A stretch of DNA of 64,000 nucleotides from an uncultured Oscillospiraceae bacterium. GTDB taxonomy: Bacteria; Bacillota; Clostridia; Oscillospirales; Acutalibacteraceae. Shown one piece after another: positions 8,559-17,736 of this stretch. A model generated the notes under the pieces. It saw nothing but the letters and a program-made list of their open reading frames with translations, made no database searches and had not been told where the DNA came from. The stretch lies in the NCBI GenBank assembly GCA_900546265.1, contig URCA01000015.1, positions 1,542-65,541 on the forward strand. Direction: 5' to 3'. The stretch's first letter is position 1. The number at the start of each line of letters is the position of its first letter. Both the position numbers and the translations under genes were made by a program.

Positions 8559-10685
8559 CTATGTCCGCAGAGAAAGCTCCGTACCGACGGCGGATACCAG
8601 CGAAATCATCCGGCCGATCAGACTGACGAAAATAAACAGCAAAAACAGAATAAACGCCATGCCCAGAACGGTCAGTATCGATACCAGCACATTCTTTCCG
8701 AGCGTGTAATCATGCACCGTGATCATGGAAAAGAAAATCAGCGCCGCCATCCAGATATACGCCACATTGGTGACCATGGCCAGGATCGGAAGCTCCTCGA
8801 GAATCAGGAAATGGCTCACCACCGTACAGGGCAGCACCAGCAGCGTGACCGGGAGGGTCGAGGTGCCCACCGCCACGTACACGTCGCGGAAGGAGCCCTT
8901 GCCGTCCATGAGTGAGGTGAAGCAGGTGTTGGCTATGCACCATAGAAGCAGCGGCGCCAGCAGATTCAGCACGCCGGATCCCACCGAGGCCTCTTCGTCG
9001 CCGCTCAGGAACCCGGAGGCCGCCGCCGCTATCGCCTGTGTCAGACAGGCCAGCGCCAGCAGGATGGTGGCGGAACTCACACCGCCCCGTTTTTCCCCCT
9101 TGAGCGCCCAATAGCCGTTGAACGGATGAAAAATCACATAAAAGCCCAGCAGAAGCGCATCGCGCAGCCCGCCGCCGGCCGAAGACGCGAGCGTTTTTTG
9201 ATTGTGCACGGCGATTTTGCGGAACACCCATACCGCCAGCAGAATCAGGATCAGAACCCCGAGCAGGATCCAGAGGCCCCAGCGCTGCAGGATCTCCTGC
9301 CGGTAAAGGCCGTAAGCCTTGGAATAGTACAGCTTGTTATTGATAAGCTCGAAGTACTTCATGGCGCCGGTAAGGTCTCCCTTCTCCATCAGCGCCTTGC
9401 CGACCCCGAGGTAGGCCAAATCGAAATTGTTGTTCTCGCCCAAAAGCTCGTTCCACAGCCCTTGTGCCTTATCGTACTCCCGGTTTTCCTGATAGCCGAT
9501 GACCTCGTCCAGCAAAGCCCCATAGGCGGTCTTGCGAAAAACCGTAATGGCCCCTGTTTCCGCGTCCAGCGCCAGCAGCTCGTCGCCCCAGGCGGCAGCC
9601 GCCGACAGTCTGGAAAAGAGCCCGAGCGCCTCGCCCTTGCCGCCGAAGGCAAACAGCAGATTGCCGGAGGAATCGTATGTAAACAGCTTATTTCCGTAGG
9701 AATCCAGCAGCATGTACATCCCGTTGTCCAGCAGAATCACCTTGGAAATCTGGGAAGGGCCGACCGCCTCATCCCCGTCATAAGGGCTGAAATTGATGTC
9801 GCCCGCCGGCGGGAAAAAGCCGTTTCGGCGCAGCACGTCGGTGCCGGCCGGGTTGATTTTTTTCACAGGGGCATAGGTGCTGTCCATGCTCCGGCTGTGA
9901 ATTGTGTTGTACAGCTCAAACCGATCGATGGACGAGCAGGTGACGTATACAAAGCCCTTGTGATCGATGGTCAGGCTGCTGTACTCCACCGGGACAAACT
10001 GGACGCTGCGCGCCAGCTGCTCCTCGGTCATAAAGGCGCGCCACAGCAGCTGGGCGGCATTGGACGCCACCCGCTGCGCCCCGATGAACCCCTGAAAGCC
10101 GCCGTCCCCGTCCAAAGCCATGACGCCCATATTGCTGTTTTTTGACACCACATAGAACTGGCCCGCCGCGTTAACGGCCACCGAAATCGGGTTGTATTTA
10201 AAGTTTTCGGGCAATACCTGCGCGGGAGGGCCGTCAATCGTTCGCAGATACCGGTTATCCTTATCGAAAACGACCAGCCGCCCATGATTGGTGTCGGCGA
10301 CAACCAGCCAATCCTCTTCGGTGATGAAAACGCCGGAAGGGCTGTCGAACGTGTCCTCCGTCCCATTGGGAAGGGTGAAAGGGCCGATAGTCCCCGTCAC
10401 CTCAAAATTCCGGTTCAGCAGGACGATACGGTTATTGCCGGTGTCCGCAATGGCAATAAGGCCCCGCTCCTCGTCCACCACCATGTCGCTCGGGTTTTTC
10501 AGAAGCGTCTCTCCAAACGCCGCGATTTTTTCAGCGGGCAGGTAGGCGTTCGGCGTTATCTGGACGCTGCTGTCATACGCAAACACGTACGTTTCATAGG
10601 GGGCCTCCGCCGCCGATACCGTCATCGTCCCGCACAGCACCGCCAGAAGCAGGAGAAACAGCATCCCCATTTTCAGCTTGTTCAT
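8559..10685 (-). CDS. Signal peptide + six NHL-like beta-propeller repeats + TPR-like segment + C-terminal multi-TM Yip1-like domain
   Basis: 708 aa. AGGAGGG lies upstream of ATG 10685. Repeated blades of the type LIAIADTGNNRIVLLN / LVVADTNHGRLVVFD / YVVSKNSNMGVMALD. The TPR-like stretch is EYDKAQGLWNELL...GDLTGAMKYFE. Five hydrophobic helices follow from about aa 470. Confidence 0.7.
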   Translation of the reverse strand: MNKLKMGMLFLLLLAVLCGTMTVSAAEAPYETYVFAYDSSVQITPNAYLPAEKIAAFGETLLKNPSDMVVDEERGLIAIADTGNNRIVLLNRNFEVTGTIGPFTLPNGTEDTFDSPSGVFITEEDWLVVADTNHGRLVVFDKDNRYLRTIDGPPAQVLPENFKYNPISVAVNAAGQFYVVSKNSNMGVMALDGDGGFQGFIGAQRVASNAAQLLWRAFMTEEQLARSVQFVPVEYSSLTIDHKGFVYVTCSSIDRFELYNTIHSRSMDSTYAPVKKINPAGTDVLRRNGFFPPAGDINFSPYDGDEAVGPSQISKVILLDNGMYMLLDSYGNKLFTYDSSGNLLFAFGGKGEALGLFSRLSAAAAWGDELLALDAETGAITVFRKTAYGALLDEVIGYQENREYDKAQGLWNELLGENNNFDLAYLGVGKALMEKGDLTGAMKYFELINNKLYYSKAYGLYRQEILQRWGLWILLGVLILILLAVWVFRKIAVHNQKTLASSAGGGLRDALLLGFYVIFHPFNGYWALKGEKRGGVSSATILLALACLTQAIAAAASGFLSGDEEASVGSGVLNLLAPLLLWCIANTCFTSLMDGKGSFRDVYVAVGTSTLPVTLLVLPCTVVSHFLILEELPILAMVTNVAYIWMAALIFFSMITVHDYTLGKNVLVSILTVLGMAFILFLLFIFVSLIGRMISLVSAVGTELSLRT

Positions 10686-10694
10686 CGTGCCCTC

Positions 10695-11558
10695 CTAATC
10701 CTTCATCCCCGAGGTAGCGACCGTTTCCATCACGTTGCTCTGCGACAACAGAAAAATGATGATGGGAACGACCATCATGATCACCGTGGCGGCGGCAGCC
10801 GTTCCGGTACGGGCGATCCCGCCGGACACGATTTGGGCCAGCGCGTAATTCAGGGTTTTCAGCTGCTCGCTTTGAATAAGCACGTTGGTTCCGGTATTCC
10901 ACAGATTCTGGAAAGAGAAAATGATCAGGGTCAGCCAGGCCGGCTTGACCAGCGGCATCACCATTCTCCAGAACACCACCCATTCGTTCGCCCCGTCGAT
11001 GTGCGCCGCCTCAATAAGGGTGTCGGGAATATTGGTCTCCATAAACTGCTTCATCAGGTACAGCCCGAGCGGCGCCGCGAAGGCGGGCAGAATCAGCGAC
11101 CAGTAGCTGTTGACCAGGGACAGCCGGCACATGATCAGGAAGGTGGGCACAAGCGTCACCGTCGTATTGAACATCAGCGACAGAACGATGATGTTGAAAA
11201 TAACGGCCTGACCCGGGAACCGGTGCTTGGCCAGCGCATACGCGCACAGCGACGAGAGAATCACATGGCCGAAGGTGCCCAGCACCGAGACAAACAGCGT
11301 GTTGAACAAATACCGGGAGAACGGCACCCAGCTGTCCCCCAGCACGCCGAACAGCTCCTTGAAATTGCGCAGGGTCGGGTTTTCCACAAAAAAGCGGGGC
11401 GGAAAATACCAAAGCTCGTTGAGCGGCTTGAGGGCGCTTGATACGGAATAGACCATGGGGAGAATCATGAAAATCCCCATCAGGCTCAGCAGGACAAAGA
11501 TGGCCGCATTTCCCTTGCGGGACCGGTTGAGCATCCGTTTTTTCACTCTGACAGACAA
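10695..11558 (-). CDS. Carbohydrate ABC transporter permease (MalG-like)
   Basis: TTG start at 11558 with AGGAGGG 6 nt upstream. EAA loop IEAAHIDGANEWVVFWRMVMPL. Confidence 0.9.
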   Translation of the reverse strand: MSVRVKKRMLNRSRKGNAAIFVLLSLMGIFMILPMVYSVSSALKPLNELWYFPPRFFVENPTLRNFKELFGVLGDSWVPFSRYLFNTLFVSVLGTFGHVILSSLCAYALAKHRFPGQAVIFNIIVLSLMFNTTVTLVPTFLIMCRLSLVNSYWSLILPAFAAPLGLYLMKQFMETNIPDTLIEAAHIDGANEWVVFWRMVMPLVKPAWLTLIIFSFQNLWNTGTNVLIQSEQLKTLNYALAQIVSGGIARTGTAAAATVIMMVVPIIIFLLSQSNVMETVATSGMKD

Positions 11559-11569
11559 GACTGACCCTC

Positions 11570-12526
11570 CTATTCCCCGACCCTGGATAAAAAGTGCTTA
11601 ATCAGCAGATTGGTGCCGACCATCATGAAAAAGAGAAAAACAGCAATCGCGGAGGCGTACCCCATCTCAAAACGGATGGTGCCGTAATCGGTCAGATGGT
11701 TCATGACCGTGTGGGCGGCATAATCGGTGGTGGGGTAGCCGCACAGCGCGGTGATGACCGGCCCCACGCCAAAGGAGGACGTGATGCTCATGACCGCGCT
11801 GAACATCAGCTGCGGCTTCATCATCGGCAGCGTGATGAACCACAGCTCCTGCCACCGGTTTTTGATGCCGTCCACGGCCCCCGCCTCGTAATAGCTTTTA
11901 TCGATCCCCTGGAACGCGGCGATCAGGGACAGGAAGCCGGTGCCCAAGCTCATCCATAGCGACACCAGAATCACGATGATCAGCACCGTATTCGCGTTTT
12001 GCAGCCATTGCACCGGCTGGTATATCAAGCCGAGCTTCAGCAGCAGGCTGTTGACATAGCCATAGTCGTCCCCGCTGAACAGCACCGTCCAAATCAAATA
12101 CACGTTGCCGGAAATGGAGGGGGCGTAGAAAACCAGCGTGACGAAGGCGCGCACCTTGGGGGTCAGCTCATTGATAAACCAGGCCAGGCACAGGCTCAGC
12201 AGATAACCGCCCGGCCCCAGGATGGCGGCGAGTACAATGGTGTTCTGCAGCCCTTTAATAAAAACCGTATCCTGAAAGAACAGGGTCGAATAGTTGCTAA
12301 AGCCTACAAATTCCGGCGGCTCCAGCACATTGAAAGACGTGAAACTCAAAACCACCGCGATCAAAACCGGCAGCACCGTGAACAGGACAAACAGCAGCAG
12401 GTACGGCGCGACGAACAGATACGACACCTTATGCTTGTTTATCGCGCTGAACAGGCCCTGCGGTTTGGCGCCCGGCCTTGGCAGCGCTTTGCTCGTATTC
12501 AAAGGGCATCTCTCACCTTTCCTCAA
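11570..12526 (-). CDS. Sugar ABC transporter permease (MalF-like)
   Basis: EAA loop YEAGAVDGIKNRWQELWFITLPM. The start is uncertain: TTG at 12526 or in-frame TTG at 12502. It overlaps the end of the binding-protein gene. Confidence 0.85.
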   Translation of the reverse strand: MRKGERCPLNTSKALPRPGAKPQGLFSAINKHKVSYLFVAPYLLLFVLFTVLPVLIAVVLSFTSFNVLEPPEFVGFSNYSTLFFQDTVFIKGLQNTIVLAAILGPGGYLLSLCLAWFINELTPKVRAFVTLVFYAPSISGNVYLIWTVLFSGDDYGYVNSLLLKLGLIYQPVQWLQNANTVLIIVILVSLWMSLGTGFLSLIAAFQGIDKSYYEAGAVDGIKNRWQELWFITLPMMKPQLMFSAVMSITSSFGVGPVITALCGYPTTDYAAHTVMNHLTDYGTIRFEMGYASAIAVFLFFMMVGTNLLIKHFLSRVGE

Positions 12527-15347
12527 ATTCCGCCTGCTTACGGGCCAGCTCGAAGTTCAGCTCCGCAATATAGTCGCCGAGCACCTCCGCCGGTTCCTCC
12601 GCCATGCTCTGGGTACCGGAGGCGTTGTATACCCGGTTGAATGCGAACGTAATGATACGCGGCAGATAGTAGCTTCCCGGCACCTCGGGAACGGTTTTGA
12701 CCTTCTTCAGCTGCGTCGTCAGGGCCGTGTATTCCTCCCGGCTCCACGACATCCGGCCCATGGCCTCCCAATTGGCCGTCGCCACCTTGCCGGCCGGGCC
12801 CAGCACGCTCTCCATCTCCATGGCATAGCGGCTCTGCGTGCCGGTTTCGGTGAACCATTTCAGGAATTCCCAGCCCGCTTGCTGGTTTTGGCTCCCGCGC
12901 AGCAGCATGGCCGCCGTGCCGTTGCCCACCGAATAGCGGCGGATTTCTCCGTTTTCGCCGGGCGTGCCGGGCACCTCCACCATCTTCCAGCGCCCCTTGA
13001 TCTCCGGGGCGAAAACCGTCAGCTGGTTGTATTGGGTGTAATCCTGTACCGCGCAGGGCATCTCTCCCGAGCGGAACCGGTTAGCAAAATCAAAGGTGGG
13101 CGGCAGCCCGTACAGACTGAAAAATTCCGTCAGCTGGATGAAGGAATCGATGGCCGTGTTGGAATTCAAATTGGTCTTTTTAAAGTCCGGCGTATAGAAG
13201 CTGCCTTCGTTCTGATACAGGAACATGGCGTAGCTGTACAGGTCGTGAGGCAGCCCCACCGTCAGACCGTCCTTTTGAAGAATGGCCGCCACTTTGATGA
13301 AATCGTCCCAGGTCTCGGGCGCCGAAAGTCCATATTCCTCAAAGATATCCGTCCGGTAGAAGAACATAAGAAACGAAAAGGTCTGCGGCAGCGCATAGGT
13401 TTTTCCCTGGTAGGTATAAGGAACGCTGGCGCTGGCCGGAAACCGCTGTGCCACCTGCGCATAATCGGGGAACTGCGACACATCGGTCACCGCATTGCGT
13501 ATGGCATAGTTGATGGGCTCGCTGGACGGATTGTCCAGCACCACATCGGGCGCCAGGCCGGCGAGCACCGACTGCAGCAGGGTGCCCTGCGCCACGGTTT
13601 CCAGCTGAACGCCGGTCTGATACTGCGCCGAAAAGGACGAATCGATGAGCCCGCGCAGCACTTCGGCTTGATCGCGTCCGGCCTGTGTCCATATTTTCAG
13701 CGTCTTATCATACTGCGCGTCGCCCATTTGCCCGAGGGAGCTGTAATCCGCCGTGAACGAGTGGAAAAAGCAGGTCAGCCCGAACCAAAGGTCCTGAAAA
13801 AAGCCGTCCCGCGGCGCGGCGTAAGCGTCTTGCCCCTCGATAAAAATCTGATCCAGCAGCAGCGGCTGACTCATGGCGGACAGAAGCCAAGACCCCATCG
13901 CGCCCAGATTAGATTTGAAATTTTCAAGGGTTTTGGCGATTTCCTTCGGCTTTTTCGCCATGCGGTCGAGCTGAAAGATGATTTTCTTCAGCACGGAGGT
14001 ATAGCTGCCGTTGCTCCCGGCCGCCGTATCGATCGCATCCACCGCTTCCTGCAGCTTATCCCGCTGGACAGCCATGGCGGCGATTTCATCGGGAATCAAG
14101 CCCTCAAACCCGTAGTCCCGGTACGGGTCGGGAGAGGTGCCGGTTATCCGGACGATGCGGCGGTAGATGGTGTTGAGCTCGGACACCGAGTCTTCGATTA
14201 CGCCTACCATTTCGGCCACGTCGCCGGCCGTCGCTTCCAGCGTCAGGGTGTGTTCCCCCTCTTCCAGATAGAACAGGTAGGGGGTTCCTCCCTCTCCAAA
14301 CCGTTCCACCTGCCAGTCGGAGGAATAGGCAAAGCGGAGGCGCCCCGCCTGCTCGAACGGCAGCTCATCGTCCAGCAGCAGCTTCCGGCTGGTGAAGATG
14401 CCGTCCACAAAGCTCTGCTGGAATCGCACGCCTATCTGATACAGTCCCGAGGTCTTTACATGAAAGGTCCAGGTGACGCTGTCCCCGATCCGGGCCCAGT
14501 TGTTGCCGCCGAGCGCGTTGAGCCTCAGAACCTTTCCCGACTGCGGCGTGGTGACGGCGGAACTCCGATCGGTGACTGGCAGAATCGTCTGGGCGTTTTT
14601 GTAGCGGAGCTTCTCGGCCTCAATCACAATCGGCTCCGCGCCGCTGGCCGGAGCCGCCCCGGCCTGTCGGTGCTCTTCCAGGTAGTCCTGGTAATCGACA
14701 GGCGGCTGATACGCCGCCAGCCGGACGGAGGCGATGGCGATTTGCCCCTTGGCTCCGGTAAGCTCCAGCGTATGGCTGCCCTGGCTTAACCCGAGAAAAT
14801 ACGGGCTGGTGCGGTATCCCGAAGGATCTGCGAGGCAATAGGTTTTCCAGAGAAACGCCTCTTTCACCTCCGGCTTCTGGTCGTTGCCGGCCGCGTTCGT
14901 CGGGAAATCCTCCTGCGTCTGGGTATAGCTGCGCGGCAGCGACAGCACCGTGACATCCTCAAACGGGGTCTTTCCGTCCAGGCGGAAGGACAGCTCGAGG
15001 TTGCCGCTGCCGGCCTGGGCGGCCATGTACTGGATTTCCAGAACGTAATAGGCGTCTTCCGGCGCTTCCAACGACCAGACCGCCGTTTCGCCCTCGGACA
15101 GAAGCGCCGCCGTTTTGCCCGCATGCTGCGAAACCGTCACACCCTGCGCCGTCTCTATGGCCGGTATAATGGCCGCCTTCGCTGACGGATAGGACGCGAA
15201 CGGCTGCCAATAGGCGGCGTAGCTCTTCCCCGTCCCGGCCGGGGCGGGTTCCGCTGCGGAGGAAACCGGAAGCGTCCCCATCAGCAAAAGAGCCGCGGAA
15301 AGCGCGGAAACCAGCCTGTTTGCTTTACCTCTCAACCTCATGGTCAT
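12513..15347 (-). CDS. Very large (944 aa) extracellular solute-binding protein with N-terminal beta-sandwich (CBM-like) domains
   Basis: Signal peptide LVSALSAALLLMGTLPVSSAAEP. The N-terminal ~400 aa contain two CBM6/35-like segments (VWSLEAPEDAYYVLEIQY..., VTWTFHVKTSGLYQIGVRF...). The C-terminal ~430 aa look like a family-1 sugar-binding protein. It lies directly upstream of a permease pair. An alternative start is ATG 15341. Confidence 0.7.
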   Translation of the reverse strand: MTMRLRGKANRLVSALSAALLLMGTLPVSSAAEPAPAGTGKSYAAYWQPFASYPSAKAAIIPAIETAQGVTVSQHAGKTAALLSEGETAVWSLEAPEDAYYVLEIQYMAAQAGSGNLELSFRLDGKTPFEDVTVLSLPRSYTQTQEDFPTNAAGNDQKPEVKEAFLWKTYCLADPSGYRTSPYFLGLSQGSHTLELTGAKGQIAIASVRLAAYQPPVDYQDYLEEHRQAGAAPASGAEPIVIEAEKLRYKNAQTILPVTDRSSAVTTPQSGKVLRLNALGGNNWARIGDSVTWTFHVKTSGLYQIGVRFQQSFVDGIFTSRKLLLDDELPFEQAGRLRFAYSSDWQVERFGEGGTPYLFYLEEGEHTLTLEATAGDVAEMVGVIEDSVSELNTIYRRIVRITGTSPDPYRDYGFEGLIPDEIAAMAVQRDKLQEAVDAIDTAAGSNGSYTSVLKKIIFQLDRMAKKPKEIAKTLENFKSNLGAMGSWLLSAMSQPLLLDQIFIEGQDAYAAPRDGFFQDLWFGLTCFFHSFTADYSSLGQMGDAQYDKTLKIWTQAGRDQAEVLRGLIDSSFSAQYQTGVQLETVAQGTLLQSVLAGLAPDVVLDNPSSEPINYAIRNAVTDVSQFPDYAQVAQRFPASASVPYTYQGKTYALPQTFSFLMFFYRTDIFEEYGLSAPETWDDFIKVAAILQKDGLTVGLPHDLYSYAMFLYQNEGSFYTPDFKKTNLNSNTAIDSFIQLTEFFSLYGLPPTFDFANRFRSGEMPCAVQDYTQYNQLTVFAPEIKGRWKMVEVPGTPGENGEIRRYSVGNGTAAMLLRGSQNQQAGWEFLKWFTETGTQSRYAMEMESVLGPAGKVATANWEAMGRMSWSREEYTALTTQLKKVKTVPEVPGSYYLPRIITFAFNRVYNASGTQSMAEEPAEVLGDYIAELNFELARKQAEFEER

Positions 15348-15421
15348 TTTCCTGTGGTCCCCTCCGTTATGTTCATTCAGTGTGCGGCCGGCCCGGGTTT
15401 TCCTCCCGAGCCGGCTGGTCG

Positions 15422-16786
15422 TCAGCTCTGCCCGCTCTTTCTCCGGCGCAGGTATACCGCCAATACGGCCGCGCCGCCGCCGAGGACGACAACCGCGATG
15501 CCCACGACAATCCAGATAACCGGATGGCCGGACGGCTGGCCCACGGCCTCCTGTGTGGAGGAGGGATCTTCCCGCGAACCGGTGGTCACCGCGGCTCCGC
15601 TCGTCGTCGGTATGTCCGAGGAAGCCGGTTCCGTTTGCGGCGTCGATTCCGTGGAGGCTTGCGTCGTCGGCGCGGAAACCGGCGGCTTGACCGTCGTCCC
15701 CTTGGTGGGAGCCGTGTCGGTGGCCTTGGTGGTGGCTTTGGTGGTCGGCTCGGTTTTGTAGGTGGGCTTCACATTCGGATCGCCGCCCAGCATCCGCTGC
15801 ACCGCATAAAAGATGGGCTTCGGCTCGCCGATGGTCCCGTCCCGCGAACAGGAGACAAAGCCGAAATGCGCCTCTCTCGCTTCGATATTCTGATCATCCA
15901 GAAAATACAGCTCGTCAAGCAGCTCGTAGTAAATAAACCCGATAATCCGCTCCTCGTTGTAGCAGTAATGCATCCCGGCAAGCAGCCAGTTCCAATCGGA
16001 TAGCGGCGAATGGGTGTTGTCTTCATTCGACTGCACATTGGCCTCGCAAATCAGGAATTCGTGATGCGGGAAGGCTTTCTTCAGCGGATCCATCAGCTTT
16101 TGAAACGAGCCCATGTCCTGGTACCAGTCGGGGCCGACAATGTCCCACTCCAAGCCTCTTTCCAGCAGCGCCAACAGAAAGCCATAGTGGACATAGGAAA
16201 AGCTGACCACCGTTTTGGCATCCTTGTTGACACTGCGGATCGTGGTCAGGGCGGCGTTGAATTTCTCATACCACTCGTCAACCACCTTGGGATCGTAGTG
16301 CTCCGGCTTAGAGCCGTCGTATTTATAGGTGGTGCCGCTCTGCTCGAGCGCCACAATGTCCACCTCGCCGAATACCTGTATGTACTTGATAAAGCCGTAC
16401 TGGCTGCCTTTTTTGTAGCGGCCGGCCACGATCTTGGCCCGGTTGGCCACATCCTGCGGGGTGCCGGACGTATCGTCCATCACCAGCATGACCTCCATGC
16501 CATAGGCCTGGATTTCCGCCACCATCTTGTCCAGATAGTTGAGCATGGACATGTTGGTGGGGTTATAGTTCAGCCGGTAAATGTCGCATCCCATCTGCGC
16601 GGCAAGGCGCACCTGCTCTTTGTACGTGCGTTCCGGGTACGCGGGATAGGCGCTGTTGTGTCCGCCGATGCCCCACTCAAAATCCTCCCGATCCTTAAGC
16701 AGCGCGCCCGCCGATGCCGGAACAGCCGCAAACAGGGAGGAAACCAGCAGCAGGATCGTCAGACAAATGATACTCGCTTTTTTCAT
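15422..16786 (-). CDS. Clan-GH-A-like TIM-barrel hydrolase paralog 1: signal peptide, Thr/Pro-rich linker, C-terminal TM anchor
   Basis: 454 aa. MKKASIICLTILLLVSSLFAAVPASA. Candidate acid/base VFGEVD and nucleophile ICEAN. The tail is ...TKATTKATDTAPTKGTT...VIWIVVGIAVVVLGGGAAVLAVYLRRRK. Its ATG overlaps the upstream TGA (ATGA). Confidence 0.6.
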   Translation of the reverse strand: MKKASIICLTILLLVSSLFAAVPASAGALLKDREDFEWGIGGHNSAYPAYPERTYKEQVRLAAQMGCDIYRLNYNPTNMSMLNYLDKMVAEIQAYGMEVMLVMDDTSGTPQDVANRAKIVAGRYKKGSQYGFIKYIQVFGEVDIVALEQSGTTYKYDGSKPEHYDPKVVDEWYEKFNAALTTIRSVNKDAKTVVSFSYVHYGFLLALLERGLEWDIVGPDWYQDMGSFQKLMDPLKKAFPHHEFLICEANVQSNEDNTHSPLSDWNWLLAGMHYCYNEERIIGFIYYELLDELYFLDDQNIEAREAHFGFVSCSRDGTIGEPKPIFYAVQRMLGGDPNVKPTYKTEPTTKATTKATDTAPTKGTTVKPPVSAPTTQASTESTPQTEPASSDIPTTSGAAVTTGSREDPSSTQEAVGQPSGHPVIWIVVGIAVVVLGGGAAVLAVYLRRRKSGQS

Positions 16787-17724
16787 GCCAAACCCTCTCT
16801 GTTCGGATACTGGTCGCGGATCAGCTCCTGCACCCGATGATACACCGGCTTTTTCTCGCCGATGTGGCCTTCGGCGTCGCAGGTGACAAAGCCGAAGTAC
16901 GCTTCTCTGGGATCGCTGTATCCGCTCAAATACACCTCGTCCAGCAGCTCATAAAAGAGGAAGCCGATCACCTTGTCGTCCTGATAGCAGTCTTCCATGC
17001 CGTCGTACAGCCACTGCCACCGTTCGGCCGGCGAATCGCTCGCATCGTCCCCGGCCCGGATATTCGACTCACAAATGATGTAGTCGTATTCCGGGAACAG
17101 CTCCTTAAGCGGGTCGAGCAGCTCGGAGAACGGCCCCATGTCCTCGTACCAGTCGAGCCCCAGGATATCCCAGGTCAGCCCCCTATCCCGCATGCCGAGC
17201 AGAAAGCCGAAATGCAGATGGGCGATGCTGACCACGATGCGGCTGTCGGTGTTGACCGCCCGGATGGCGTCAATGGTGGCCTTCATCTTCTGATACCAGC
17301 GATCCAGAATCTCCGGCGTAAAGTGCTCCCGCTCCTGCCCGATAGGCGTATCCTTAGGGAAGGATTCGCAAAGCGCGCCGCAGTCCTGTTCGCCGAAAAT
17401 CCGGAAATACCGGATAAACCCATGGGGCGAATCCTTGGTATACCGCGCGGCAATCGGCCCCACCAGCGCGGCGTCCTCTTCGGGGGACAGGCTGTAATTG
17501 TCGGTGATCAGCATGACATCCATGCCCTGCGCCTGCACTTCCGCCACCATTCTGTCCAGATAGGCGAACTCGTCCTCGGTCACCGGGCAGTAGTTGAAGC
17601 AGTAGATTTTGCTTCCCAGCTCCGCAGCCAGCCGGATTTGCTCTTTATAATAGGCTTCCGGATAGGCCTTGTACGTCCGGTTATGCCCGCTGATCCCCCA
17701 CGACCATGCTTTGCTCATTTCCAT
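16783..17724 (-). CDS. Clan-GH-A-like hydrolase paralog 2, with no signal peptide (cytoplasmic)
   Basis: 313 aa, collinear with paralogs 1 and 3 (WGISGHNRTYKAYPE, IFGEQD, ICESN). The start is ATG 17724, or more likely ATG 17718 given GGAGGAA spacing. Confidence 0.6.
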   Translation of the reverse strand: MEMSKAWSWGISGHNRTYKAYPEAYYKEQIRLAAELGSKIYCFNYCPVTEDEFAYLDRMVAEVQAQGMDVMLITDNYSLSPEEDAALVGPIAARYTKDSPHGFIRYFRIFGEQDCGALCESFPKDTPIGQEREHFTPEILDRWYQKMKATIDAIRAVNTDSRIVVSIAHLHFGFLLGMRDRGLTWDILGLDWYEDMGPFSELLDPLKELFPEYDYIICESNIRAGDDASDSPAERWQWLYDGMEDCYQDDKVIGFLFYELLDEVYLSGYSDPREAYFGFVTCDAEGHIGEKKPVYHRVQELIRDQYPNREGLA

Positions 17725-17736
17725 ATTCCTCCGCGT

